A stretch of DNA of 64,000 nucleotides from Gammaproteobacteria bacterium (GCA_033852155.1 JAWSVA010000014.1:101393-165392); one strand, 5' to 3'. Counted from the stretch's first letter, positions 10,906-21,900 are shown. The notes: generated by a model not told the origin, from the sequence alone. Numbers and translations are program-made.

Positions 10906-11400
10906 TCACATGCTGTATATTTTATCGAATCTATCAGCACTAAACCCCATCATTTTTTTCTTTCCAATAACTATTAGTGGGAATCCAGTTCCACCTAAGC
11001 GTTTAAACTCTTTTTCTTTGGCAGCATTCTTCTCAACATCATATTCAACAAAGGCAATATTATTATCTTTAAAATATTTTCGTGCTTTGGCGCAATATCC
11101 ACACCAAGATGTTGCATACATAACAACTTTTTTCTTTTTTAAACCTCTTCTTTTCGGCTTTTCATAGGTGAATTTAACACTCTTCTTTTTTGCTGAATGT
11201 GCAGCATTACCGCTTCCATTATCTAGTTTAATTTCAATACTTTCAGCTTGAATAGATTTTGGAGGAACATCTGAATAGTGCAGCCTGCCATTTGTATCTT
11301 TCCAGCTATATACCTCCGCATAACTAGTAATAGAAAAAAATGAAACTAAAATCAATATTATAATTTTTACCATTTCAATCCCCATAAATTTGAAATACAC
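10906..11400 (-). CDS. Periplasmic DUF4124 domain / glutaredoxin-fold fusion protein
   Basis: Signal peptide. VYSWKDTNGRLHYSDVPP (DUF4124 signature). C-terminal VVMYATSWCGYCAKARKYF (glutaredoxin CGYC active site). Confidence 0.75.
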   Translation of the reverse strand: MYFKFMGIEMVKIIILILVSFFSITSYAEVYSWKDTNGRLHYSDVPPKSIQAESIEIKLDNGSGNAAHSAKKKSVKFTYEKPKRRGLKKKKVVMYATSWCGYCAKARKYFKDNNIAFVEYDVEKNAAKEKEFKRLGGTGFPLIVIGKKKMMGFSADRFDKIYSM

Positions 11401-11439
11401 ACTGCATACTATGTAATACCGAACACCTTTTCAAACAAT

Positions 11440-12327
11440 TTAATTACTATGGCTATCCAAAAGTGCCTTTATAAGGTGAATGTTTCTTTCCTCTGCCAAT
11501 CCTTGCTTCTCAGAAAGTTCTATAGCTACCTCACCTAATGCTTTATAAATATTGAGTAACTTATTATCTGAATTGCTTTCGAATGCATCTATATGCTTTT
11601 GCACAGTAGAAACATCTCCTCTAGCGATTGGGCCGGTAAGAGCTTTAGATGGAGATGATGAAAAAATATTAGAAACAGTATCTTTAGCAATATCTTCAAG
11701 AATATGCATTGAAACTTCACGATCTATTCCAGCTTTTTCATATGTCTGCAAACCAAGTTCTATCAATACATTTAAATAGTTACAAGAAAGCACGGCTGCT
11801 GCATGATAGTGCGCTTTTCTCTCAGGGTTAATATCAAAGCAATTAGCTTTAAGATCTTTGAATATAGACTTTAATGTCGAAACTGCAGGTTTAGAACCTT
11901 CAAACCCACAGTATGTGCCAGCAAATGTCTTTACTGCACTCTCTGGGTCAGCAAAGCTTTTAACGGGGTGCACACATGCTGCAGAGCAGTCTGTAGGAAT
12001 TACATTCTGGATAATTGATGACGGCAATGCACCACTGCAATGAACAAAGATAGGTTTTTCATTAGAGTTAAGAACGGGAATAATCTCTTCGCATGTAGAA
12101 ACAATTAGATCATCAGGTGTAGTGATAAAGTAAATATCAGCTGATTTTAACTCACTTATAGCGGTAGTAAATCTATCTACTTTTACCATGTCATATATGC
12201 TAGAAAGCCTAGTTGAATCACAATCGCATATAGTATTAATTTTAATATGGTCTAATCTGGAGAAAAGCATTGCCAATGTTGCACCAGCCCTCCCTGCCCC
12301 TATGATATTTACTGCCAAAGTGTTCAT
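11440..12327 (-). CDS. Rossmann-fold NAD(P)-binding protein (DUF2520 / ProC-like reductase family)
   Basis: N-terminal dinucleotide-binding motif IIGAGRAGATLA. ~295 aa, the size and layout of DUF2520 / F420-dependent-oxidoreductase-like proteins. Confidence 0.55.
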   Translation of the reverse strand: MNTLAVNIIGAGRAGATLAMLFSRLDHIKINTICDCDSTRLSSIYDMVKVDRFTTAISELKSADIYFITTPDDLIVSTCEEIIPVLNSNEKPIFVHCSGALPSSIIQNVIPTDCSAACVHPVKSFADPESAVKTFAGTYCGFEGSKPAVSTLKSIFKDLKANCFDINPERKAHYHAAAVLSCNYLNVLIELGLQTYEKAGIDREVSMHILEDIAKDTVSNIFSSSPSKALTGPIARGDVSTVQKHIDAFESNSDNKLLNIYKALGEVAIELSEKQGLAEERNIHLIKALLDSHSN

Positions 12328-12445
12328 TTATCAAAACCACCGTAAATCGTAACTATATAAATAGATATGATCATATCAACTTGATGTGATGGGTAAAGCT
12401 CTTTAATATGTTTTCACTTCTTAATAAATTGAATATTATCCAGAT

Positions 12446-13441
12446 ATGAGCAGACAGCAATTTTTAGTAAAACGACATAAACTGCTAATAATGTACATGT
12501 CTTTAATTTTATTAATATTATTTTTATCCTCACTCTTTATTGGGCGAATTTCAACTCCATTAAATAGCCTATTTGATTCAAGCAATGCATTACTAATTAT
12601 ACGCGATATAAGGTTGCCACGAATTATTGCTGCAATTTTTATCGGCATTGGGCTTGCAGGGTCTGGCGCTGTTTACCAAGCACTATTTCGAAATCCATTA
12701 GTATCACCAGATATTTTAGGGGTAACATCTGGATGTACTTTAGGCGCCGCATTAGCAATGATTTTTTCTGCAGACTCATTTTTTCTGATTCAAATATCAT
12801 CATTTTCACTGGGATTAATTTCTGTTTTTATCGCATTATATATTTCTAAAATAATCGCACCTAATCAAATAGTTACACTTATTCTATCAGGAATAATAAT
12901 CTCTGCTATCTTTAGCTCACTTCTACTTTGTATCAAATATGCCGCTGACCCATACGATGAACTCCCAGCCATTATTTTTTGGATTATGGGTGGTTTGTAT
13001 AGAGTTGGATGGACAGAATCAATATTGATTAGCTCAAGTGTTTTACTGGGAGGGCTGATTATTTTCAAGCTACGCTTCCGCTTAAATGTGCTATCACTAG
13101 GGGAAACACAAGCTACATCTCTTGGGATTAATTTTGCTCTGAATAAAATATTATTCGTATTGTTAACATCAGTAATTATCAGCCTAATCGTTTCTAGCTG
13201 TGGTCAAATAGGTTGGATTGCACTTGTTGTTCCCCACCTTTCCCGCTCTTTAGTTGGGCCAGACCATAAAAAAATGATCCCTGTTGCAATGCTTGCCGGC
13301 GCAATTATGATGCTGATTTTTGATGACCTTGCGCGGTCATTAACAACTGCTGAGTTACCCATATCAATATTTACATCCCTGATTGGGGCTCCAATATTTG
13401 CGGTGATGTTAATTAAGAATAGGAGTTCTGGCTGGTCGTGA
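12446..13441 (+). CDS. FecCD-family iron-siderophore/cobalamin ABC transporter permease
   Basis: 331 aa, ~9 TM segments, FecCD-type hydrophobic profile. Translationally coupled (GTGA overlap) to the downstream ATPase. Confidence 0.8.
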   Translation: MSRQQFLVKRHKLLIMYMSLILLILFLSSLFIGRISTPLNSLFDSSNALLIIRDIRLPRIIAAIFIGIGLAGSGAVYQALFRNPLVSPDILGVTSGCTLGAALAMIFSADSFFLIQISSFSLGLISVFIALYISKIIAPNQIVTLILSGIIISAIFSSLLLCIKYAADPYDELPAIIFWIMGGLYRVGWTESILISSSVLLGGLIIFKLRFRLNVLSLGETQATSLGINFALNKILFVLLTSVIISLIVSSCGQIGWIALVVPHLSRSLVGPDHKKMIPVAMLAGAIMMLIFDDLARSLTTAELPISIFTSLIGAPIFAVMLIKNRSSGWS

Positions 13442-14205
13442 CAGTTCTTATAGATTCACTAGTTTTCTCTTATGCTGACAATCGAGTGCTTGACGGAATA
13501 TCTACAAGTATAAAGAAAGGTTCTATCTGTGCCATTCTTGGTGGCAATGGCTGCGGAAAAACTACTCTCCTAAATTGCATAAATAAATTATTATCAGCCA
13601 ACTCCGGCACTATAACTATCGATGATCATAGCGTAACCAATCTGACCGCCCAAGAGATTGCCAAACTCATTAGCTACGCTCCACAAGAACACGACAATAT
13701 ATTCCCTTATCCAGTTATTGAAGTTGTAGTTATGGGCAGGTCTCCATATCTTAGAATTGGGCAATGTCCTACTGATATTGATTATACCGAAGCCGAGAAA
13801 GCATTAGAGAAACTTGGTGCTAAACATATATCCAACCAATGCTTCAATAAAATTTCTGGTGGTGAGCGTCAAATAGCACTTATAGCAAGAGCTCTCGTGC
13901 AACAGAGCCCAATAATGATTCTTGATGAACCAACTAATCATCTAGATTTCAGCAAAAAATTTAGCTTAATGAAACTACTTAAAAAAATTAGTGCAGAAGA
14001 ACAAAAAACTATTATTACAACTACTCATGATCCTAATTTAATATATTCTATTGCTGATCAGGTGATTATGTTAAAAAATGGAAATGTGTTCACAGATGGG
14101 ACACCGGAAGAAACTCTTAATGAAAAAAATATCCTCGAGGTCTACGGTGTAAATACTAAAGCTTATCCAGTTGAAAATGACGGTGTGTTTTTCTTTGCCA
14201 GATGA
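13438..14205 (+). CDS. ABC transporter ATP-binding protein (iron/B12 FecE-like)
   Basis: Walker A GGNGCGKTT, ABC signature LSGGERQ, Walker B ILDEPTNHLD, H-loop. Confidence 0.9.
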   Translation: MTVLIDSLVFSYADNRVLDGISTSIKKGSICAILGGNGCGKTTLLNCINKLLSANSGTITIDDHSVTNLTAQEIAKLISYAPQEHDNIFPYPVIEVVVMGRSPYLRIGQCPTDIDYTEAEKALEKLGAKHISNQCFNKISGGERQIALIARALVQQSPIMILDEPTNHLDFSKKFSLMKLLKKISAEEQKTIITTTHDPNLIYSIADQVIMLKNGNVFTDGTPEETLNEKNILEVYGVNTKAYPVENDGVFFFAR

Positions 14206-14401
14206 GCTCTTATTTCACAGATGAAAATATTTCCCCTACTCCACTATACTCATAATCAATAAAACCAGGTATTTCAACTACGTTCAGGTTATAGCTATCA
14301 CTTTTCAGCATATGAATTTTGAGCACATGGAACTGCTAATAATTGCTAATACAATTATGAAACTGGATTTATTCGCTGTATTTTGTTTCATTTTATTACC
14401 A

Positions 14402-15013
14402 TTAGCTTTGAATATATGATTTTTTGTCAGGCCTGATGATAAAAAAGACAATCGCAGCAAATAGTGCGCCCACGGTATCAGCTAGCATATCCTTTTGCGC
14501 ATCCCAAATATCACCCTGAGATCCAAGAAACTCCATTCCGGCCTTTCCTCCTTCTGTTGCGGCATACCACCACTCAACAATTTCATAAGCTGCTGCGATA
14601 CTCATGATAAAAAAAACAGCGAAGAAACAGGCAAATACAGGACCACTCCACTTCTTTCTTAAAGCCAGTTCAAGCATAGGAAAAGCATAAAATCCAACTG
14701 AAAAATGACCAATGCGATCAAAATGGTTTCGCTCGGCCCCAATAAAATTTGTGACAAAATCAAAAGGAACATTAGCAAATGTGTAATGCCCGCCGATAGT
14801 GTGCCAAATCAACCAAAAAGCCATAAACAGATAAGATGTATTACTAAAACGAAATTTGTTATAAGTAAAAACCAATAAGGCAAATACTATAAGTACAGGT
14901 ATTATTTCAGCTATCCAAACTTCTCGCGAGACGGGTGCTATTCCAAATAAGATAAATACTAAAGCAAAAACGCCAGCTAGTAGATGAGGGGTATATTTTT
15001 TAGTAATTACCAT
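14402..15013 (-). CDS. Integral membrane protein (possibly DUF2238/YjdF-like)
   Basis: 203 aa, 5-6 hydrophobic helices; assignment to DUF2238 is from general resemblance only. Confidence 0.45.
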   Translation of the reverse strand: MVITKKYTPHLLAGVFALVFILFGIAPVSREVWIAEIIPVLIVFALLVFTYNKFRFSNTSYLFMAFWLIWHTIGGHYTFANVPFDFVTNFIGAERNHFDRIGHFSVGFYAFPMLELALRKKWSGPVFACFFAVFFIMSIAAAYEIVEWWYAATEGGKAGMEFLGSQGDIWDAQKDMLADTVGALFAAIVFFIIRPDKKSYIQS

Positions 15014-15219
15014 GATTTCCCTTAGTCAGTTATGTCGTCCGTACTAATATTATATACTTAATTCGTATAATTACTTGTTACAATCTTAATTATTATCATG
15101 CAATCAGATGAGCGCAAGTTATTGATTAAACGAGACTGTCGTATGTTTGACGTCTATATGACGTGGGCTTTTTTTTAAATCTAACCAACAATGGAAACTT
15201 CAACATTAAAGGAGCATTT

Positions 15220-15714
15220 ATGATAATTCGAAAACTTCGCCTAAACCGTAGCTGGTCGCAAGAGCATTTAGCTGAGGTTAGCGGTTTGAGTGTAAGAACT
15301 ATTCAGCGTATCGAACGAGGTCAGAAGCCAAGTCTGGAATCACTGAAATCACTTGCAGCAGTTTTCGAAATCAATGTCTCCGAACTATCTAAAACATTTG
15401 ATGTTAAAGAGGAGTTGCCAATGAAAAATGCGAAAGAAGAACTTGAAGTTTCACCAGCCGAAGCCGAAGCAATGGAATATGTTAAAGATATAAAAGGGTT
15501 TTATTCCCACCTAATTAAATATGTTGTGGTGATTACGATTCTGGCGATTATTGACATAGTTACAAGCCCAGATAAGTTCTGGTTTTATTGGCCAGCACTG
15601 GGTTGGGGAATTGGCCTATTTTTACATGGCATAAGTGTGTTTGAAATAATGAGCTTTTTTGGAGCTGGGTGGGAAAAGAAGCAAATAGAGAAGCGGATGA
15701 AAAAATCACGCTGA
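15220..15714 (+). CDS. XRE-family HTH transcriptional regulator with C-terminal 2TM membrane anchor
   Basis: MIIRKLRLNRSWSQEHLAEVSGLSVRTIQRIERGQ is a classic HTH_XRE. C-terminal two hydrophobic helices (2TM domain). AAGGAG ribosome-binding site 6 nt upstream of the ATG at 15220; the ORF-track start at 15163 is probably too early. Confidence 0.8.
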   Translation: MIIRKLRLNRSWSQEHLAEVSGLSVRTIQRIERGQKPSLESLKSLAAVFEINVSELSKTFDVKEELPMKNAKEELEVSPAEAEAMEYVKDIKGFYSHLIKYVVVITILAIIDIVTSPDKFWFYWPALGWGIGLFLHGISVFEIMSFFGAGWEKKQIEKRMKKSR

Positions 15715-15845
15715 TTATCAGAGATTGCCCATTCGCGAATGGACAATTGAGGAATAAAGTACGTTTTAAAAAAGCTTATCTTGCTCCATCGCAAGATAGG
15801 CTCGCTCTTCAATATTTGGGGTCCAATAATTGGTTCTTATTTCAA

Positions 15846-16115
15846 TTATTTCTCATAATGATATCTACATGAAATTACAGTGACTTTATCATCATCAACT
15901 GCATAAAGTATACGATTTGCCTCATCAATTCTTCGAGACCAAAAACCAGACAAATTTTCCCTTAAAGGCTCTGGCTTACCAATACCTTCAAATGGACTTC
16001 TCTTAATATCTGTTATCAATTTATTTATTCGTTTGAGTGTTTTCTTATCTTGGGCCTGCCAATATAGATAATCTGACCAAGACTCACTGGTCCAAGCTAA
16101 AATATCAACCATCAA
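15846..16115 (-). CDS. yoeB: Type II toxin YoeB/Txe family (mRNA interferase)
   Basis: WTSESWSDYLYWQAQDKKTLKRINKLITDIKRSPFEGIGKPEPLRENLSGFWSRRIDEANRILYAV matches YoeB almost residue-for-residue. Overlaps the upstream antitoxin gene. Confidence 0.9.
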   Translation of the reverse strand: MMVDILAWTSESWSDYLYWQAQDKKTLKRINKLITDIKRSPFEGIGKPEPLRENLSGFWSRRIDEANRILYAVDDDKVTVISCRYHYEK

Positions 16116-16359
16116 TCAAACCATGCTCTTCTGTCTTTCCAGAACGATACTGCTGTATTGATTTCTCCAAATGAGCAACATTGGCAGAGCTTCTTAGTAA
16201 ATGCACTGTTTCCATAAGACCATTAAACTGGTCCAAAGACATAACTACGGCATCTTCTGAATCACGCCTTGTTATAACAGTGTAATCAGCATCATCAACC
16301 ACCTGATCTAAAACACTTTTTAGATGATTTCTTGCTTCTGAAAAATTAACTACTCTCAT
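16105..16359 (-). CDS. yefM: Type II antitoxin YefM/Phd family
   Basis: MRVVNFSEARNHLKSVLDQVVDDADYTVITRRDSEDAVVMSLDQFNGLMETVHLLRSSANVAHLEKSI is a canonical YefM. 11-nt overlap with yoeB. Confidence 0.9.
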   Translation of the reverse strand: MRVVNFSEARNHLKSVLDQVVDDADYTVITRRDSEDAVVMSLDQFNGLMETVHLLRSSANVAHLEKSIQQYRSGKTEEHGLIDG

Positions 16360-16493
16360 ACATCACCACCCTTTCACTGATAAACATCAGTATAACATGG
16401 TCAATATACTGCACAAGTTAAAACATTAACATTTACGCACGTAAATCAAATGGTTGAATTTTAGGAGCCGAGCTAAACCCTTTCTGAATATTT

Positions 16494-16599
16494 GGGGTCA
16501 GAGTAAAAATAAGCACCTTCAAATGACCAACCTTCTACAGCTCAACAACTTGCAAGCCTTAATTTTACTCTGACCCCAATTATTCGACCCCAATTATTC
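16494..16599. repeat. 15-bp perfect inverted repeat (GGGGTCAGAGTAAAA / TTTTACTCTGACCCC) with a 54-bp spacer, immediately followed by a 14-bp tandem direct repeat (GACCCCAATTATTC x2)
   Basis: Read directly from the sequence, between the yefM start and the DUF2130 gene end. A possible operator, MITE-like or att remnant. Confidence 0.6.
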
Positions 16600-16679
16600 A
16601 AAGTTTGAATTCGAATACCTCAATAAACTGTTATAACACTCTGCCTAAGATGCTAATTTATGCGAAGCGATTTTCACTT

Positions 16680-18113
16680 TCAATCAGATCTCTGGTTTTC
16701 TAATTCATCGAATTTGGCCGCCATTGTAGGGTTTTTTCGTGTCAGCTTCTTGATCGTTACATCCTGTGCTTTGTTGTTTGCAAGGCGCAAGCTCCTATCC
16801 GTTCCAAGCAAGGCGTCCTTCGTTTTCTGCAAGTGGTCGATTGATTTATCAATCTCATCAATTGCTGTTTGAAATTTTCTCGAAGCAAGGTCATAGTTCT
16901 TACCGAATGCAGTTTTAAACATATCGAGGTCGTTTTCAAAGTTTGTTATGTCGACATTCTGCGCTTTTACGAGAGCAAGCTCTGTTTTATATTCTAGTGA
17001 CTTCATTGCTGCATTACGTAGTAGCGTTATGATAGGAAGAAAAAACTGCGGACGAACAATATACATCTTGGGGTAACGGTGGAATACATCTACGATTCCA
17101 GAGTTATATAGTTCGCTTTCTGGCTCTAGCAGAGAAACCAGTACCGCGTATTCACACCCCTTCTCATTGCGATCTTTATCGAGTTCTTTTAAAAATTCTT
17201 CATTCTTTTTCTTTGTTGCAGTCATATCATTTTCGTTCTTCATCTCAAACATGATTGAAACGATTTCTGTACCAGCTTCATCAGAGTCGCGAAAAATATA
17301 GTCGCCCTTACTACCCGTTCTTGCGTCATTATCCTTTTCGAAATAAGCTCTTGGAAACGCAGTTGAACGAATTCTATTGAACTCCGTCTCACAATGCTGC
17401 TCGAGAGTTTCTCCCACCATCTTTGTTGATAGTCGTGCCTTCATATCCCGAAGACGCTCTATCGCATCATCCCGATCCTTAATCTGTGTCTCGTATTTAT
17501 CCTTGAGTGACTTCTCAGACAACTGTTTTTCTAGCTCTGTTTGCTTGAGTCCATTTTTCAGCTCATCACGTTCCTTCTCTATCGCAGTCACCGCCTCAGT
17601 GATGGCTAGCTTCTGCGCGATTTCATTAATATTGAGTTTTGCTTTTAGCTCTTGAATTTCAACGTCTTTTTTTGCAGCAGTCTCCTGTATGTTTTTAGAG
17701 AGTTTTGTCTCAGAAAGTGCTGAAGCAGCTTGGCTTTCTTGCTGCGCTTTTTCTAACTCGTTAGTGAGTGCATCTCGTTCTTTTTCAACAACTCTGAGGG
17801 CTTCGGTGACGGCAAGTTTTTGTGCAACTTCACCTACATCCAATTTCGCTTTAAGCTCTTGAATTTCAGCTTCCTTGCTAGCGGTAGCTTTCTGCATTTC
17901 ACTACCAACTTGGCTTTTTGCTAGTTCAACAGCATTTTTCTTTTCTTCTTCGGCTAGCTTAAGCCGCTCGTGCAATTGTTGCTCAAAATCATTATCGCGA
18001 ACTTGCTTTAGAATATCTGCATAGCCAGTCTCGTCAATTTTGAATGCTTTATCGCAGTGTGGACAGATGATTTCATGCATGTATTTTATTCCTTTTACAG
18101 TATGGTGAGGCAT
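16680..18113 (-). CDS. DUF2130-family protein (N-terminal C4 zinc ribbon plus long coiled coil) with an internal ~50-aa tandem duplication
   Basis: N-terminus [28 protein letters not shown] is the DUF2130 signature. Duplicated unit [48 protein letters not shown] / [48 protein letters not shown]. Confidence 0.75.
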   Translation of the reverse strand: MPHHTVKGIKYMHEIICPHCDKAFKIDETGYADILKQVRDNDFEQQLHERLKLAEEEKKNAVELAKSQVGSEMQKATASKEAEIQELKAKLDVGEVAQKLAVTEALRVVEKERDALTNELEKAQQESQAASALSETKLSKNIQETAAKKDVEIQELKAKLNINEIAQKLAITEAVTAIEKERDELKNGLKQTELEKQLSEKSLKDKYETQIKDRDDAIERLRDMKARLSTKMVGETLEQHCETEFNRIRSTAFPRAYFEKDNDARTGSKGDYIFRDSDEAGTEIVSIMFEMKNENDMTATKKKNEEFLKELDKDRNEKGCEYAVLVSLLEPESELYNSGIVDVFHRYPKMYIVRPQFFLPIITLLRNAAMKSLEYKTELALVKAQNVDITNFENDLDMFKTAFGKNYDLASRKFQTAIDEIDKSIDHLQKTKDALLGTDRSLRLANNKAQDVTIKKLTRKNPTMAAKFDELENQRSD

Positions 18114-18169
18114 GGAGGCACGCTCTACAGGGCCTTGCTGGAGCTATATAGTGAAACTCTAGTCATTAT

Positions 18170-18309
18170 TGAACACTCTGTTTTCTCCAATTATCAACAG
18201 CACTAGACAATCTATCTTCAGGTACTGCATCCAGCCATTCATCCCAGTTACGCCATAGAGCATAGCGGTACTTTCTAAATTTTGAAAATTTAGCTGTGTT
18301 TTTCATATT
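18170..18309 (-). pseudogene. Possible truncated/frameshifted DUF1643-family gene remnant (46-codon ORF)
   Basis: MKNTAKFSKFRKYRYALWRNWDEW resembles the conserved DUF1643 N-terminus (x-C/S-x-K/RYRYsLsRiWDe) as I recall it, then diverges and stops. Not in the ORF track (<60 aa). Confidence 0.3.
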
Positions 18310-18336
18310 TCACCCATTAAAAAATGGTATTTGATA

Positions 18337-18699
18337 TCAGCAATTAAGCTTTCCTGACTTAGATAATACCCACGCTAACCTTTGATCCTCATCCCCCCAT
18401 GTACGATATTCAAGACTACCCCTATGTTTCGGAACTATCTTTGTATCCTTAGGGATTTCAAGAAGGTTTTCACAGCCGTTACTTTGTAGGTAAAGCTTTG
18501 TACAGTCAATACAAAACTCAGCTCTATATATTACTAACCCAATAATATTTTTGGTGAAATCTTTCCATTCTCTATCACTAAAACCAATGAGTGGATTTTG
18601 AATATCATACTGATTTGGATGGGAGCTTATCCACTGCCCATTATAAAGTAACCATTCGCTAGCCCCACAAAGCGTCAATATTAGCAATTTTGCTTGCAT
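18337..18699 (-). CDS. Hypothetical protein (120 aa)
   Basis: ORF with no recognisable motif; sits in the accessory block. Confidence 0.35.
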   Translation of the reverse strand: MQAKLLILTLCGASEWLLYNGQWISSHPNQYDIQNPLIGFSDREWKDFTKNIIGLVIYRAEFCIDCTKLYLQSNGCENLLEIPKDTKIVPKHRGSLEYRTWGDEDQRLAWVLSKSGKLNC

Positions 18700-18975
18700 A
18701 GTTATGTAGACGTTTTTTTAGTTAATCTTTATAGAATTCTTTAAAGTGGGTATCTGCATATAAGATGTTAAAACTATCACGACTTTTCAAAACCACTTAA
18801 ATACAAACCAAGGTCTGTTTTAAATATTACATTTATAGAAAAGTTTTCAGGGGGGCAAATCTTTTGAACTATTATGAAATAAACTTGACCCGTTTATTAT
18901 ATTGAACAGATATAATTATTTATATAATTTATTAACAGTAGGCTTTAGATAGTTGTCATTTAGAGTGTTTTTCAT

Positions 18976-21900
18976 TTAGATAGAGTGTTTTTCAGTCGAG
19001 AAAATTTCTGCCAAAGATTCACCTTGTGCTAACACTCTGTCTGCTTCCAGTTTTGCTAAATCTGGTGGATAACCATAACGCATTAATATTTTCTTTACAG
19101 TCAACCTTAACTTAGCTCGTACATCATCTCTTTTACTCCAATCGACAGTTGCATTTTTTCTGATGACATCCACTATTGTATGAATCAATTCTTTCATCTT
19201 ATTATCATCTAAAAAGCTTGTAGATTTATTTTCGCTTAACACACTATAGAAAGCGTACTCTGCTGATGTTAGCCCAAGTTCTTCAGATTTATGATCTTCC
19301 AAACGCATATCTTTGGCTATTTCTGAAAGTTCTGCTAATACTTGAGCAGAATCTATTTGATTGTTGTGATAACGCTTCACAACAGACTCCAGCATTTCAG
19401 AAAACTTTTTACCTTGCACTAAGTTCTTAGTTTTTCGAATACTAACTTCATCACTTAATAACTTTTTCAGTAATTCAAAAGCAACATGCTTTTGTTGCAT
19501 ATTTTTAACTTCCAATAAAAACTCATTAGATAAAATACTAACTGAAGGACTTTCAATTCCTGCGGCTTCAAATATGTCAATCACACCTTCACTTGAAAGC
19601 GCATCATCCACAATTTGTTTAATGGCAGTTTCTACTTCATAATCTGATTTTACTCCATTGCCTGTAAACTTATTTAGTCGTGCTTTTATCGCTTGAAAGA
19701 AGGATATTTCATCTTTTATTGCTTCTGCATCAGGACTTGGTATTGACATCGCAAAAAGTTTTGATAATAGGGTTACTTCTTTTAAGAAACGTTCCTTTAG
19801 TCTTATATCTGAAAGAATAAAATTTTGAGCACCTAATAGAACTTGTAATTTTTGAGCAGTATCAACGTTAAAGTAGGCTTTATAATCAAAACTGTTAAAC
19901 ATCTGTTCTATGATTTCAAACTTCTCTTTCATTCCTGCAATTGCTTCTTTAATATCTACAACTGGTTCTCCTTCACCACCACTTTGCAAATATGTTGCCA
20001 TTGCATTTCTAAGATCTTGACCAACGCCAAAATAATCAACTACTAATCCACCTGGTTTGTCTTTGTAAACTCTATTTACTCTTGCAATGGCTTGCATCAG
20101 ATTATGACCTTGCATTTTTTTATCTACATACATTGTATGTGTGCTTGGAGCATCAAAACCTGTGAGCCACATATCTCGAACAATTACTAATTTCAGATCG
20201 TCATTAGTATCTTTCATTCGAGTGGCTAAATCTTTCCTTTGTTGTTTGGTGGTATGATGAGGTTGAAATAATTCTGGGTCGTCAGACGAACTTGTCATTA
20301 TTACCTTTATCATTCCTTTATCTAAATCATCATTGTGCCATTCAGGCTTTAGAGCAATAATTTCATTGTATAATTTCACACAAATATTTCGTGTCATTCC
20401 TACAATCATTGCTTTACCTTCAAACACCTCTTGTCTTGCTTCAAAGTGCATTACAATATCTTTGGCAACATCTTTTAATCTGTCAGGATGCCCAACAACT
20501 GCATCAATAGTTGTTGTTTTCTTTTTTGCATTTTCTAGCTGCTCTTCTGTTGCATCAGCAATATTATTTATTTCATCGTCTAATGCTTTAGCTGTTTTTT
20601 CATTCAGTTTAATTTTTACTAAACGAGATTCATAACTAATAGGAACTGTTGCCCCATCATCTACAGCCTGTTTTATATCATAAACATCAATATAATTGCC
20701 AAAAACGGCAGGTGTAGATTTGTCTTCTTTTTCTATGGGTGTACCCGTGAAACCTATGTATGAAGCATTAGGCAAAGCGTCACGCAAATATTTTGCATTC
20801 CCATAGCGGGTTTCCATCCCCTTCTCTGTTTCTACCTCTCGAGCAGTAAAGCCATATTGACTGCGGTGGGCTTCATCTGCTACTACAACAATATTTGTTC
20901 GGTCTGATAAGGTTTCATAAACATTGCCTTCTGCTGGAGCAAATTTTTGAATGGTTGTAAATATTACACCACCGCCCGAAACTTTTAACAGTTCTTTTAT
21001 GTGTACTCTATTATTTGCTTGAACTGGTGTTTGGCGTAAAAGCCCAACACAATTTCCAAATATACCAAAAAGTTGGTCGTCTAAATCATTTCTATCAGTA
21101 AGCATTACAATGGTTGGGTTTCCCATCTGTGGATGCGTAATAATTTGTCCACTATAAAAAACCATTGATAAAGATTTACCCGAACCCTGCGTATGCCAAA
21201 TTACACCAATTTTACGGTCACCATCTTTTGAATGAGTTGCTCTTAAGGTTTGCTTAACTGCTTTTTGGACAGAATAGTATTGATGGTAGGCTGCAACTTT
21301 TTTAATTTTTACTTGTGAAATCAAACCTGTTTTTTCGTCTTTCTTTTCTTCTTGTTCAAATACAGTGCAATAGCGAATTAACTCTATCAATGTTTTTTTA
21401 TTGAGCAAATGTTCGGTTAGAATTTGTAATTCTGTTCTAACTTCTCCTTTTATATTTTCGGGAGATTTCCAAGAAAGGTATCGTGTAAAAGGGGAAGAAA
21501 CACTTGATGTTGATGCATCTATTCCGTCTGAAATTACACAAATAGCATTGTAGTAAAAAATACTTGGAACTGCCTTCTTATAATTTTGAATTTGTGTATA
21601 AGCCTTTCTTAGTGTGGCTTTTTCATCTGAGGCAGATTTAAGCTCAATAAAAACCAAAGGTAAGCCATTTATAAAAATGACCACATCAAATCTTTTCTCG
21701 TTGTTGTTTTCTTTTACTACCAATTGGTTAACTACCCAAAAACTGTTGTTTTCAGGATTTTCAATATCCAACAAGTTTACATTAATTCCTTTTGTCCTTC
21801 CGTCTTTGGTATATTCTACCGTTACACCATTGGTAAGTAATGTATGGAAACGTTCGTTGTTTTCCATTACATCTTCTGTACCGAGATTAATGACCTTTTG

